A stretch of DNA of 64,000 bases from Botryllus schlosseri. Lineage: Eukaryota. The translations under genes were made by a program, and so were the position numbers. Position 1 is the stretch's first letter. Each line of letters begins with the position of its first letter. Below are positions 1 to 12,900 of the stretch, one piece after another. The notes under the pieces are model-generated. The model was not told where the DNA came from, ran no database searches, and saw only the letters and a program-made list of their open reading frames with translations. The stretch spans positions 19,532,001-19,596,000 of the forward strand of contig CM119372.1 in NCBI GenBank assembly GCA_051294905.1, written 5' to 3'.

Positions 1-1796
1 TTAACGAATGATATTGGCATAATAACCGTGTGCCAGGATATATCTGAATATCACTGAATATATTTCGGAAGTGGCCATTTCTGACTGACCGCATAAGTCT
101 CCGATTCCGCGACCAAATCTACTTATTGAAACTCCTTGAGTACGTTTCATACCGTTCGTTTTCTACTTGTATGGAGTATCGACATTATTTCTACTCTGAA
201 AGTATTGAAACTACTCGAGTATTTTCCATGCCTTTTGTTTTCTACTTTCGCTTGAAGTAGTTTTGACAGGGTTTGGAAATTGCTACTGAATACAATTAGC
301 TGAGTGAGAATTTGTTGAATTAATTCTACTCAGTAGCAACACTGATTACTTCGACCACCTCTGCTACGAAGGCGCAATTGATTCTACTGCCCGACATGTC
401 CGCTTCCTTCAAAAATAAACTTAAAACGTTAGTTTCATTCTTGACAGAGCGACGGTTTGGAAGAAACACGATTGCTGGCCCGTCAGCACGCGACGGACGC
501 GCAAAGATACTTGGGAATTTTGGAAGATTCAGACGAAAAGGAAGCACTTTTTTCAATAGCCATGGCTCTCGTCGATCGAGTGAAATGAACGTGCTTTCGA
601 ATCGGGATATTGAGTTCAATATGCAAAGTCTTGAGCGTATGCGGGTTTCAAATAAATTTTGTACTATTCGAACAGGTTCGGTTTACTGACTCGTGTACTA
701 GCGCCAGAGGGAGTTTGTGACGAAGTACTTTTCGGACTACTTTTGTACTTCTGAACAGTTTTTTGGTCAAAATACCTTTTTACACTGGATTTGAAAATGC
801 GGAAAGTAGTTCAGGGATGAGTTTGCGTCACTTTTACCAGTGGAATATATTATAAGAACCACTTGATATTTTCGTAGTGGTGTGATCAGGTATTTTGCGT
901 CAGTGTCAAAGATGCATCCTGTAATTTCGGGAGTAGCCGCTTCCGATTGACTACTAAATGTATGTGACTCCTCGAGCAAATTTAGGTTTTCCAACTAGGC
1001 CTACTTCAGGGAGTGGTTTTCAAACCTTTCATTTTGTACTTCCACTTGAAATAGTATTGATGTGTCTTGGGAATTGCTACTTCTACTTTTAATTGAATAG
1101 AAATTTACGGTGTTATTGCAACTTGAGTAGCAACGACGACTGCATTGACCACGTCTCTGGTTAGCAAATGACACTTGTACCGGCTAATAATAAGGTAGAT
1201 TGCGCGTTACATTCCGCCGTATATAGCGTTAGTGGCTGAGGCTATTGTTGATTAGCGTCATTTGTCGGGTAGGGTTTCGCATGTTGGTTGTTCCGAGACA
1301 ATACAAGCTATGAATGGTGTGGTGGGCCTCGGTTGATAGCGATATATAATAACGCTAAATTACCATAACACGACCACTACTCAATTTTATCCCATTGGGG
1401 ATGTAGAGTGGTTTTCCAGCTGCCAGCCACTGTAGTTGAAATAGTGAGCGGCACTTGACCTTGTGGTAATTTGTAAATCATTGGCTGTCGGTTTCAAGTG
1501 GCATGAATGAGTGCGAATGTTAGCACTGAGGAGGTCGGTCCTTGCAATTCTGGTTACGACATGGTTTATAGCCTATATCCGGCAGGTCAGGTTTAGGTAT
1601 GAAACAATAGGCATAACTTCATATTCCTGTTATCCTTTTATAGATCGTAATTGTTTTGTCTCCAACTACTGAGTAGTCTAGCTTATAGCCATAATATCCA
1701 GCGAATTCCGTTGTACGATCGCAAGCCTATTCAATCCGTGGGCTAAATCGACTCGCACGGCCATTATACGTTCTTTGATGTTATTTTAGTCCTACA

Positions 1797-4700
1797 ATGG
1801 GCCTATTCAAAATTCTACAAGGAAAGGGGAAAGCTAAGAAGCCTCGAACTGAAAGCGTGGATAGAAATGGGTCGGCCAAACCGGAGAAACGTCAACATTC
1901 GTCCTCGGGTAACAATATAAGCCATTAAGCATAAGCACTGAGTGCAGTAAGGCTATATCTCTTTATGCGAGAAGTAGATAGGGTATTCCTAGTTAGCCTA
2001 ACTGTAGGCTAAGATAACGGAGAAAGCAAATACGAATGTGCCTGATTTATTTGCTTATTGTCCCGACCGTACGGTATATCGCTATCTGGTGTGGAAATGT
2101 AAACAATTTTGGGAACTGGCTTGTTCAGTTAGCTGTTGATAACCGACGAGCTTGAGTAATGTGCACACTGTTGTGTACTGTACAGTGTAGGCTACAAGGT
2201 ACACACGCATCGCAAGATCTCATTCCGCTGCTTATTCTCAGGGAACAGTAGGTCGACTGGGAGCAAAATGAAGAAGAAAACGAAGAAGTCACAAAAAGAA
2301 AACCAAAATTCCCAAGCGCGTGCTCCCAAAGATGTCTTTCCGAAGAAAAGCATTTCGTCACTAGCAAGATCGTTAAAAGGTGATGACTGGCAAAAACTGG
2401 CATCGGCTCTTGGATTTATGGAAATGGTGAGTCTACAATTGTTCTTGTTAACTACACCTGCTCAACCAAGTTACCCATGTAATTGTAGGCAATATCACAC
2501 TTCACTGGACGAGCAAGCTCCTCTCAAAATACGTATAGTCAGGCATGTCTCATGCTGAGAACGTGGAGGGATCAGATGCCCCTTGAAGAAATATTGCCGC
2601 GACTGACTGACGCCCTAAAACGAATTAGGCGACACGATTTGGCTTTGAAAATGGGATTGGAACTTGGAGTAATAGGTGAGGAGTTTGAGCACAATAACAT
2701 AAAATTAGTTCGTTATTTCGCTTGTGTGACTGTGGATTCTGGTTCTCGCTGGATGGGTCGAATACGTCAGAGCAGCCGAATGAGCCAATCCAAGTTTTGA
2801 CAATTTTCCCTTTTCTGAACTATTTGTCTGTCAGACCTCTGATCATTTATGAACTTTTACGGCAGGAATAGCAGGTAAACACAGCCCACTTGCTTTGTTA
2901 CATCCATGGTATCTTAGCTATCCATAGTCAAAATCGTATTCTTCTTGTCCTTTCGCTTGTAAATGCCCATATATAGCGAAGTCTCTGCGAAAATCGAATT
3001 CTCTTCCGTGATTTCGCTTTGCGAATGCCTAGCCGGGGCATGCCCCGGTAGCGCTCATAACAAGCTTTCACTGTCTATTCTCTCAAAGCCGCGCACAATA
3101 AAGAAACAGTGATTTACTCTCTCCTATTCGTAAAATGGCCGAGCAGGTGGGGCAACATAGCCTGGTCGCCCTTAAGGTGTGATGTAACAATCGTATCTAT
3201 ATCTGAACTCGGTTACCGTCATATGCGTTTAGTCGACCTTTGCTGGTATAGGTCGATTTTGATGGTGTTTCACACCATGATAATTCTTGAAACTTGGTAT
3301 GTCATGTCGTGATGGCGGTATGTAACACTGTCCCAAGTTTCAGGGTTTCTACTTGAAGTTTAGGGTAGTAATTCCGTTTCTGAAATTGAGTGTGTGCTGA
3401 TCCGTCATGTATCGCAAACAGATTTTACTCAAAAGTCGGTATTGGTATCCATTGATTTTGACGATGTTCCATACCGAGATCGGTCATGTCATTTGGTACG
3501 GTAAGTCTTAATGTTAGCATCGAACGCTGTACCAAGTTTCAAGTTTGTCAATGAACTGTGTTAGTGGTAATTTCGTTTCCTAAGTCGAGTGAGAGCTGAC
3601 TCGTCATTTATCGCAAACATATTTTACGCAAAGCCGGTATTGGTCTCCATTGATTTTAACGATGCTCCTTACCTAGATCCGTCATGAGCTTTTGCATGGT
3701 ATGTCTTGATTTTAGTATCGAACGCTGTGCCAAGTCTCAAGGTTGGCACTCAATCATTAGGGCAGCAATTTCGTTATCAATGTCGAGTATGGTAGAGATG
3801 TGCGCTGATCTGACACTTAGCCAACCTAACGCATTGCGGATTTCACGCAAAAGCCGCTGTATCTGTGTTAACGCTAACTGTGTTCCATACTGAGATAGGT
3901 GATGAGATGATGATATCATGAAACAGTTTACTAACATCCTCGGTTTGCATTCAAATATTTACTTTTATTTTATATTCTCCAATGTCAATTTCACCGTGAA
4001 ATTGAGGCCTTCAGGCCATTTGCTTACAATTACAACCCCTGTCAAGCGCGATAGGCCGATAGCTGTTTCGTTTTCGATGGCGGCTAACAGCTGATCGCTT
4101 AATCAGCCTATTCCTCAGTAAATTTTACGCAAAATTCGGTGTTGGTCTGTTCGTATTAATTTTGACAGTGTACCATACCGAAAACTGTCATGAGGCTACT
4201 TCTCGATGATTTCATGTAACAGTGTACCAAGTTTTCGGCTTTCATCCTCGTATTTATTCGGTAATATATTTTCCAAAGGTGATTTTGCAGCAGACATATA
4301 GACACTATAGACCGTAAGCCGTATGTGTCGTGTGACAGTCTCCAGCCTCAAGGCCAAAATTTCCTATGCTGTACCGGGACCGAATTTCCGAGGCTGCTAT
4401 CCGTAGTTCTTCAGAATTATGTTTTGGATTCAATATGACATGTCCAATCTATGAGATAACAATTGCGTATGTGTCCAAACTCGTTGACCTTTCCAGTTGG
4501 CTTACGCAATCTCTCGAGTTATAGTAATTTCCATTTCTGCAGATAATTAGTCAGGTATAGTGCGAACATGAACCGTGTCTATCAATACGCCGTTTACGCA
4601 GTTACCACACTTCAAGTCACAGCTCACCGGCAGACCTCTCGCGGCACATACGTTAAAATCAATGTTGTCGGGAAGTTCGTGTTACCGTACCACTAGTACC

Positions 4701-7700
4701 ACCAAGTTACTTGTTTACGTTGGAAAACGCCATTGTGACGTCATCTTGATAAAAAGTCGCTTGCAGCCCTTGCCCCACCACCCGATATTGTCACGAGCCG
4801 CCACTGGATGTTATACATCGATGATTCGATTCCGAATCCATCCAATATAGCCTCGAAAGGACCTTTAGGTTTTATGTTCCTGTATCGCAGTTCATATTGA
4901 AATTTATAATCGTTGTACAATGCATTGAGGAGTTACTGAAATAGTGTCTACTGTCCATATTTTCAGCCGCCAATGATTTCGACGAGCATGAAACAGAAGG
5001 AGTCCGCACCGACGCTAAAAGTATACTAAAAACACTCGAGTCTGATGACAGGTCGGAACCACCGTACTATGAAAGCAAACTTATCATCGGCGATGAAAAA
5101 ATAAGCTTCCTAGCAAGACAACTTTTAGCTCCAGAAGAATGGAAGCGATTGGCCTACGCGCTAGGATTTTTGCCACACGAGGTAGGTCAATATGTGTCAT
5201 GTGCAAAAGCGTGCAATACTTGTGAGAGATGCCTGAAATGTGTCAATATAACATCTCCCGGGGCCTACGATATTCGTAGGCCCCGCACCTTCGCCATTAA
5301 AGTTGAAAGTTATCGGCATCCTGCTGTTGTTAAATATAGTGTTTCCTTCATTCGGCCAGATATAAAAATAAATTTAACTGTAAAATATATTGAAATGTAT
5401 TGACGATCATCATTTGACCTTTCAATTGTGTGCGGTCATGCGGTCAACTGAAATATTTTTCGCACTCGGCGCGATCTACCTCAAATTCCAGCTTATTGCT
5501 CTGTACATAGTCCGAATTTCATATATGTGAATTGTCTCATCAACAGTCATAACCTTCCGTGCCATCAAACTATCCGTTAGGATTGCAAGAATTCTGGTTG
5601 CAGTTTGTGATATGACGATAAGGGGGCGCGAAATTTTTCACTATCATAAAGGGGGACGTGTATAAAAAAGTTTGAGAACCACTGACCTAAAGTATCAGAC
5701 AGCACGTCCACTCCGATTAATACAGGAGCGATGACGTGGTGGACAGGCCGATAAATATTGTCAGAAGTTGGCTGATCCTGATACTTCTGTGGATACAGAC
5801 ATCGTTCGGGCTTTCCATGTGTAGAGTAGTACACTGTACAGTGTACAGTGAACACACTGTATACATGTACAATTAACTATCGAAAGGTAGCCTAACTTAG
5901 GGTTGCCATACGTCCGGAATTTCCCGGACATGTCCGGAATTTCACTGTTCAAACTAGCGTCCGGGAGGAATTTCTAAAATATGCCAAATGTCCGGAATTT
6001 TGAAGACTTGACGTAGGCTCATAACTTTTTCGTAAATCAGCATATAAACAATATTTTTTGGGAATATTTATGCTGATGCATGATATTTTTCTTCGCGCTG
6101 CGCGCGATTTACCACCACATTTATTGATTTTAATATAGAGACTACCACCCTCGCAAAAACTGCAATAAAATATAAATAAAAACAACCTTCATTTACTGTA
6201 ATGTAATCGCAATTATAGGACAACGGTATATTTCTAAAGATCGTTAAGGCCGTTTAAATGCTCTATTAAAAGCTAGTGGTTCCAAACGGGGGGGGGGGGT
6301 CGTTTGCCTTTATTCTGGGGTTTGCGAATATGTTGAACGTCATCAGCTTCCAAAATAACTCGTGAGTAAGTCTGGGCAAAGGTGCTGCCTTCTTTCAGTG
6401 ATCAGCTCGTCAGATATTGATCTGGGCCACGGAACACTTTCAAATTGGAGATAGAGTCGCGACCACTAGATGTGGGATTTTTATAAAGCTCAGGGGTGCG
6501 CACCGGCAAGTTGCATGGATTACCTCATAGTGTGGGCTCAAAATCATTGTTTATTTGGGCGGGAGGGGGATGAAAACATGTGCTTTCGGTCCTGATTACA
6601 CAACACACAGCCACATACTTCTGAACCGAATCGTGACCACCTCTGGTCTATGAGCAAAGATTTGGTTGTTTGACGTCACAACTCATTTTGAAATCCACCA
6701 GTGGGCGCTAAAGAGTGTCCGGAATTTGGGTTGCTGAAATATGGTAACCCTAGCCTAACTCCTATTCTCTTTATAATATCACCAAAACCGTCCAACATAA
6801 ATGATGATGCATTGTAATTTTAGATAATGTATTGTACAATGCACAATGTACAATGTACATACATCCGCAAGGAACTAGGGGTTTGGGACGTATATTTCAT
6901 ATGTAATTATACAGGTTGCCTGTTGAAGGTGTAGACTAAATGACGATTATTGATTACGATACCCTGGCCTGTTCTAAGTGATTTGAATCAATAATCTAAT
7001 TTAAAATGTTACGTACCGTTCTGCGTTTGATCTTCCTCCAAATAATGACCGGAACTTACAAATTCAACCTTCCGATCAATCTACATGTGCTTGTGTTTTG
7101 ATAATGGATTTAAAATGGGTTCGTCAGGTCGCAGTATTTGTACGGATTGCTTTGCGAAATTATTTTGTTATCGCCTTGCGTTGATTGGATTCCGCCGTTG
7201 TTGATTTTCAGTTTGCCCATAATTAGCTGAACAAGTCCACAATTTTTTTAATCCCGACATGAAAGGAATTAGAGTAATAGATAGTCATAGAGAGTGGGCC
7301 TTCGCATATTAGAAGTCCTTCTGACGCTATTCAGCTATATTTTGCATTGGTATTGATTTCGATTTAGGTTTTGACTTAACGAACATGCCATTCCGGCTAT
7401 AAAGCAGCGAAATTTAACCTCCTCTCCCGACCTTGGCCTGCCAACTGCGCCTCTTACACAGAGTTGGTCAATAACAAAGTACTTCTACTTTTTTTCGAGT
7501 AGGCTACTCAAGGGGTTATGTTATACTTCTTCCAAGTATACTGAACAGTTTTGAAGCCAGAACATATACATATTTTTACTCTTTGTATTTTGTTTAGTAG
7601 AAAGTAGTTTCGGATATACTTGCATCACTTTTGCGTGTAAAACTGTCGTGACGACTGGCAGAAAGACCCCCAGTATCACAGTAACTGAATTTATTTTCGA

Positions 7701-8298
7701 AAATTACACTCATATTTGTACTGTCGTTGGTCATTTTGCGATAGTCGCGAATACCCATCTTTCTATTTCGCAAGTGGCCACCTTCGATTAGCTGTCAAAA
7801 TTATGCGACTCATCGACCAGAACTACATTTCGAAAACACTTGAGCTTGAGTACTTTTCATATCTCTCATTTCCTACTTCTACTTGAAGTAGTTTTGAAAT
7901 CGCTATTTCTACTTGTAATTGAGTTAACATTTCGGTGTTACTTCTACTTGGGTAGCAACGCTGAGTACTTTGATCACCTCCACATCGTCACGACTGCGAA
8001 TTCGCAGGTATCCCAGATCATCGCGTCCGCCAGCAGTTCGCAAAATCTCTACTCTCAAGCACACGTGATGCTCAAAAGATGGCGGCTTCGCACTCATCCG
8101 AACCAGATCATCCCCCGTCTGAAGGCCGGCTTCGTCAGGATTCGCCGACACGACCTGGTGGACCTTCTCAAGATTGGCGCAATCGCCGGGACAGAAGATA
8201 TCTTGCACTTGATCGAGGAACAGCTTCGTGAGAGCAGAGAGCCGCAAGACAGCTTCGGCGCGTCGCTGACGAAAAACTTTTCTGCGTTTCAGCAATAA
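1797..8298 (+). CDS. Tandem death-domain protein, 329 aa; exons 1797-1908, 2242-2426, 2489-2675, 4967-5181, 8008-8298
   Basis: All introns are GT-AG with matching phases (1,0,1,0), and the total of 990 nt is an open frame. Two homologous repeats have the death-domain pattern: DDWQKLASALGF...YSQACLMLRTW...LTDALKRIRRHDLA and EEWKRLAYALGF...YSQAHVMLKRW...LKAGFVRIRRHDLV. The stop TAA overlaps an AATAAA. Confidence 0.85.
3240..4280. repeat. Degenerate tandem repeat, about 198-199 bp unit (about 4-5 copies), in intron 3 of the death-domain gene
   Basis: The motif CCAAGT(T/C)T recurs at 3333, 3532, 3730 and 4227. ATTTTAC(T/G)CAAA..GTATTGGT recurs near 3422, 3620, 3840 and 4122. Boundaries are approximate. 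Confidence 0.7.
5898..6752 (+). mobile_element. Non-autonomous hAT-type element, family C (copy 1)
   Basis: Termini are TAGGGTTGCCATA...TATGGTAACCCTA with a perfect 8-bp TSD GCCTAACT. It is homologous to 26693-27777 and 28463-29569. Confidence 0.9.
7457..7981. repeat. Representative copy of an old, abundant MITE-like family (CAGAGGTGGTC-like ends, AAGTAG/CTACTT-rich); other copies near 60-362, 700-1160, 15700-15890, 16870-17306, 48770-49060, 51350-51700, 52520-53100, 58998-59500, 62050-62310, 62780-63010
   Basis: Shared motifs include CTACTTGAAGTAGTTTT, GGAATTGCTACTTC and GTGGCCACCTTCGAT, with GACCACCTCTG-like ends. Copies are heavily diverged and boundaries are approximate. Confidence 0.65.
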
Positions 8299-9965
8299 AC
8301 TTTCGTGTGCTTGTGCATAGTATGCTTGAAAACATTGTATATATGCTTTCTCAATCTTTTAAAATCTACTCCGTATTTGCTGAAAATTACGACAATCGCG
8401 GTCCTTACTCGAATTCTCAACGGTGTGACTGGCAGATTGATTGATTTTATCACAAATTTCATTCAGCATGAACCGTCAAGTCAGCGCAACACCACGCGTA
8501 ACTATACGCAGCAGGCACGAATGAAGGAGACAAGTGACACGTGATTGTCATCAATGTAGTCAAATGCGACCTATTATGACAGTATAGGTAAACAGACGAC
8601 TTCAAAGGCGATAGGCAATAGGCTCAATTACACTTCTGAAAATACAACAAAGGAAAAGAGAGCAATAAACTAAAACGGAAAAACTTGTGCATCATAATTC
8701 TATAGGGAATGCTGATTTTATCGGCTTTATAACTAATCCTAGATAGGTACGTCATACTGCTGTTCATTGCACTTCTTCAATAGTACGTCGAATTACAGAA
8801 ATGTGGTGAAGGATTCATGACTTTCATTTATGCATGAATCGAATGAAGCTCACCGGATACCGGATGTACCATAGTGATATACATTGTATATCTCATAATG
8901 AGACTCGATAATGCATTCGTGCAATCTTAGAGCTATAGTAGTGTCGTCACACGCGGTTTCGTATCAATCCTTATTGTTCCTGCTGCTTCGAGGTGTCGTT
9001 GTCATGGCCTATCCACGCAGGCAGCTTATTTAGCGCTTGAGCTGAGCATACGGAAATAGTTCCTTCGTGAAGAGCGTCCTTCGATACACAAGTTCCCTCT
9101 GGTCTCAGTGGGATCGGGTCAGCGTATGGTTAGAATACGCAGTTTCCTGTAGTCGCTTGGACTATAACGGTTCGATAACGCGTGCGATTTCGTGTTAATA
9201 ACTAAATTAAAGGCCATGTGGCCGCGTCCGCGTGGATGCTCCGCATACGTTCAAATATTGTAAGTTACTACAAATGAGCGAGTATACGTAAGCGATAATT
9301 TGCGCGCCACTTTGACAACGGTAGCACGAGCAAAAGAAGTATAGGTTAGCAATAAGCATATTATGATAATATTATGTAATATATGTACTGATATATATGT
9401 ATTCTACAGAGAGCTTTAATAAATTTTAATCGATTCCTTACTGGCGCTAGTAAATTTATAGTATAGCTCGTATAACATCCATACTGTTTGCCATATTGGG
9501 TTTCGATGATATATTTTGACAAGCTCATTCCTGAACAGTGAACACATCCGCACAACGTATCGTAAATTCAGGAAATTGCATGTACTGCCGCATCTAACTA
9601 TAGATCAGTACCACTATCTCTCGGTATTACATGGTGTTAGATTAATACTACCAATTGTACCAATGGCTCTGTTGATGGATGATGAAAATTGGTGCAGTAT
9701 TTAGGTTGTTGAGGGGAAGTTATTACGTATACTACCGATTTTGAAAAGTGGATGTTGAAATTGAAATGAACTTACCCAATCGAAGTAGGTGGTAGGCTAT
9801 ATGGTGTCTAATTGCTTCATATTTTACAGTTACTAGGAAGAGATAATAAGTAACATCTGTATTGATGAAAGACGGCATTTGGGAATCAAAGAAATCTTGC
9901 CAGAGCTAGGTGCGTAGTGGATACGCTGTCTAAGCAGAGACGCCTTCGGCTGTGGTATACGTATC

Positions 9966-12900
9966 ATGAAGCATTATCAACCAACTTTTTCTGTGAGATG
10001 GATCATAGTATCTATGGTACTTTTTTGTTGTCAATGCAGCGGGGAATTTTATGACGAGGATCAAGTATGGGACCAGCTTGATCTCGGTAACCAGCCTGCA
10101 AACGACGAATACTTCACTTCTGCATCGAGTATTTCTATTTACCACGACTTTTTAAGAGACATTATCGAAGATCATAACGGAGGTATGAATATCAATTTCC
10201 AAGATGAGATTGCACTATTATGTATATTGTATATATGACAGTAAACGGAATCTGCATGGAGTAAATGCATGGTAGTTGGACAGCTGAAGATGAATTTCGC
10301 GGTCGTGTTGTGATGAGCACGTTCGACCAACTTCCCTTTATCTAGCATTGTGCAAGCAGCCAATATCTAACTCCCACGTACATCTGATTCGATTACCTGA
10401 TTAATTTCATCATAGGGTCTGACTTTTGATCAGGCAAAGGTTAGCGGAAACCTGTCCAGTGTCCATGAACCGTCAGATACAATAGTATACACAGAACAAT
10501 AGTATGGATTTATACAAAAACAGATAGAAGTACACGCATGCCTTAAACATGTTGATGACATCTGTCAAAGCGATAATGCACGGACATTGACGTTCCATTT
10601 GCCATCAAATATTTACCAATTCCCGAATAGGCACGATTATCTGAATTTTCAAGCATCTTCTGCAAACAAAACACAGTATGCGTCGATTGATTTTCCTCGT
10701 TATTCGTCATAATCAGCATGAATAATTATTGTATGGGTCTGTTGCTCTGTACAACTAATTACACTAATCGATTACAGGAGACATTCTGGAGAAACAAGTA
10801 CCCTATTCGTACGCTTACCGATGGAGGATGAATAATTATGCAAGAAGTGAGTATATCAGTTGAGTGTGCGCACTACTCTAATGGGCTTTCATAGTGACTT
10901 TGATTGATCAAACTGAGATGACGATTTTGTACTGTTCCTTTGCGTCTACCGAAGATCTATCAATATCATAGCCCAATGAAAAAGACTGACATATAAACTC
11001 ACTGGATTCTATCTTCATTACGTACTCGCAGGGCACCCTTACCCTTTTATACAATTTTCCGGGAATATTGTATGTTTCTCACTTGTCAGAGTGTGCATGT
11101 GCATGTGCAGGCTCATCTCATTGTGAGCTCTGTGGCACTGGTGGTGTGTTTAGGAAGTATCAATGCGCGGCAGAGGAAGTTTATCGCATGTTTTGATGCA
11201 ACAAGCCATGTGCATGTGTACATGTATAAAATAATTTCTGCTTCCTGGGGGTTATTGCGTGACCAATTGACCATTCGTGTAAGTGACATACCTTCAGACC
11301 CTCGTGGCCACGTTTGGGACCTGTTCGACCGAACGGAATTTATCTTCGGGATAGGTATGACAGGTATTGTCAGTAGTACTTCGTGATGAGATGATATTGT
11401 GAGATCTCACAGTAGACTCATATACGCGAAAATGTAATGTTTGTTATGTTGGAGACCCAGTCTTGTAGGAAGGGCTGTCATTTGATCGTTTTCACGGCGA
11501 ACTTATAAAAATCAGGCCGTTTTTTTTCGATGACGTCAGGTAAACCAGTTATACTTGAATATAACGTTTCCCGGCAACCACTCTCGCGTTATACAATGTC
11601 ATTAACAAAATTTGAGGTATCGAATCGAAAATGCATTACAAGAAGTATTTGCTGTGATTGTTTCTGAGCCAGCGTTTTGCGACATACTGAAATCTTTTGC
11701 TGCTAAGTTAGCTCTGCCGAGCGATCTTATGTTAGCTCCGTGTTGGTCTTTACTGCTGGTAACGAACACAAACACGATTTCCAGAATACATAGAGCATGT
11801 AATAATCCCGTGGTGCAATTTCACAGCGCCAACGGTGTGACACTACTGAATTTTTTATTCTGCGAGTAATTCAAGCTTCATCACCGCGACTGGTGAATTT
11901 TCGCATCATCGTGTCAACTTGCAAAATACAAACCACCATAGAGCACATTTGTCGCGTGTAGTGTCGGGAGGACAAAAGCTATTCGCTTGACCATTCCAAT
12001 GAATATTTAGCTAGGCTCTTCCTCGCCATCCGACCCGCACATGCGGTGTCTTACAAAAAGCCAAGGACGAAAGAATATTGGAATGGTGTAAATTGTAGTT
12101 GAAACTCCAGGAATACCAAAACAACAATATCAACAGCAATTCCACTATATGATTATATGATTACATAAAAATTCGATTTGCACGTAACTATACGCCGAGT
12201 CTATATTCCCTCGAGACCTGCTTTCTGCTTTATGCTATCGGCAAAAGCCCATTACGGGATCAAGGAAATGCTGTTTATATAATCTGCGGGACTGTCTGAA
12301 ATCTTCCCGTCCGAATCAGCACATCATGGTAAACATATCGTCATAAATAATTGATGCGTGACGTGTCATATCAACTCCCCTTGCATCAGAGATTTGGATT
12401 TAATGAAAGCGGATTTGATGATTTTGGTCGGATTCGGATCGGATATGACATTTATCATAATCATAGTTTTAACTTTTTCATGCGGCTGTTGCGACATATT
12501 CCACCCATTACCCGAGTTGGACAGAATACGGAATTAATATAGTATTGGAATTTGAATCTTAAAACAGGAATATGATATGGATTTGAAAACACTAAATCTA
12601 GCCATCTCTTCCTTGCATGCACATTATGCAGCTTCCCATGAGTCGAATGTCACGAAATAGAACCGCCTCCATTCAGTTAACCTGAATGCATGTCTAATGA
12701 AAGAAATAATCTCAATAAGCCGAGATATGCCATTCCTCTCTGAATTAATTATCTCTTCAGACAGATTGAAAGTGTCAAAGTTTCTTCGGTATTATCAGCG
12801 TTTGTTGCATTTGTGGAGAAGAAAATGCGCTCTTGCCGAATGGGCAAAGGAAACAAATTTGACAAAGCACAATATAGCTGTGTCAAAACAAGTAAGATTG

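Noticed and set aside
7840..8007. Hydrophobic N-terminal part of ORF 7840-8298 as a signal or TM segment
   Set aside because: It is translated MITE sequence upstream of the acceptor at 8007. The real exon starts at 8008.
9100..9185. Possible Pol III/tRNA-like element (TGGTTAG...GGTTCGATA)
   Set aside because: The box matches are weak and no cloverleaf can be drawn, so there is not enough support.
10416..10439. Extra 24-nt ACE microexon (TAG|GGTCTG...GCAAAG|GTTAGC)
   Set aside because: It is open only in phase 0. In the phase-1 context it introduces TGA, so it is at most a poison or cryptic exon and was excluded from the model.
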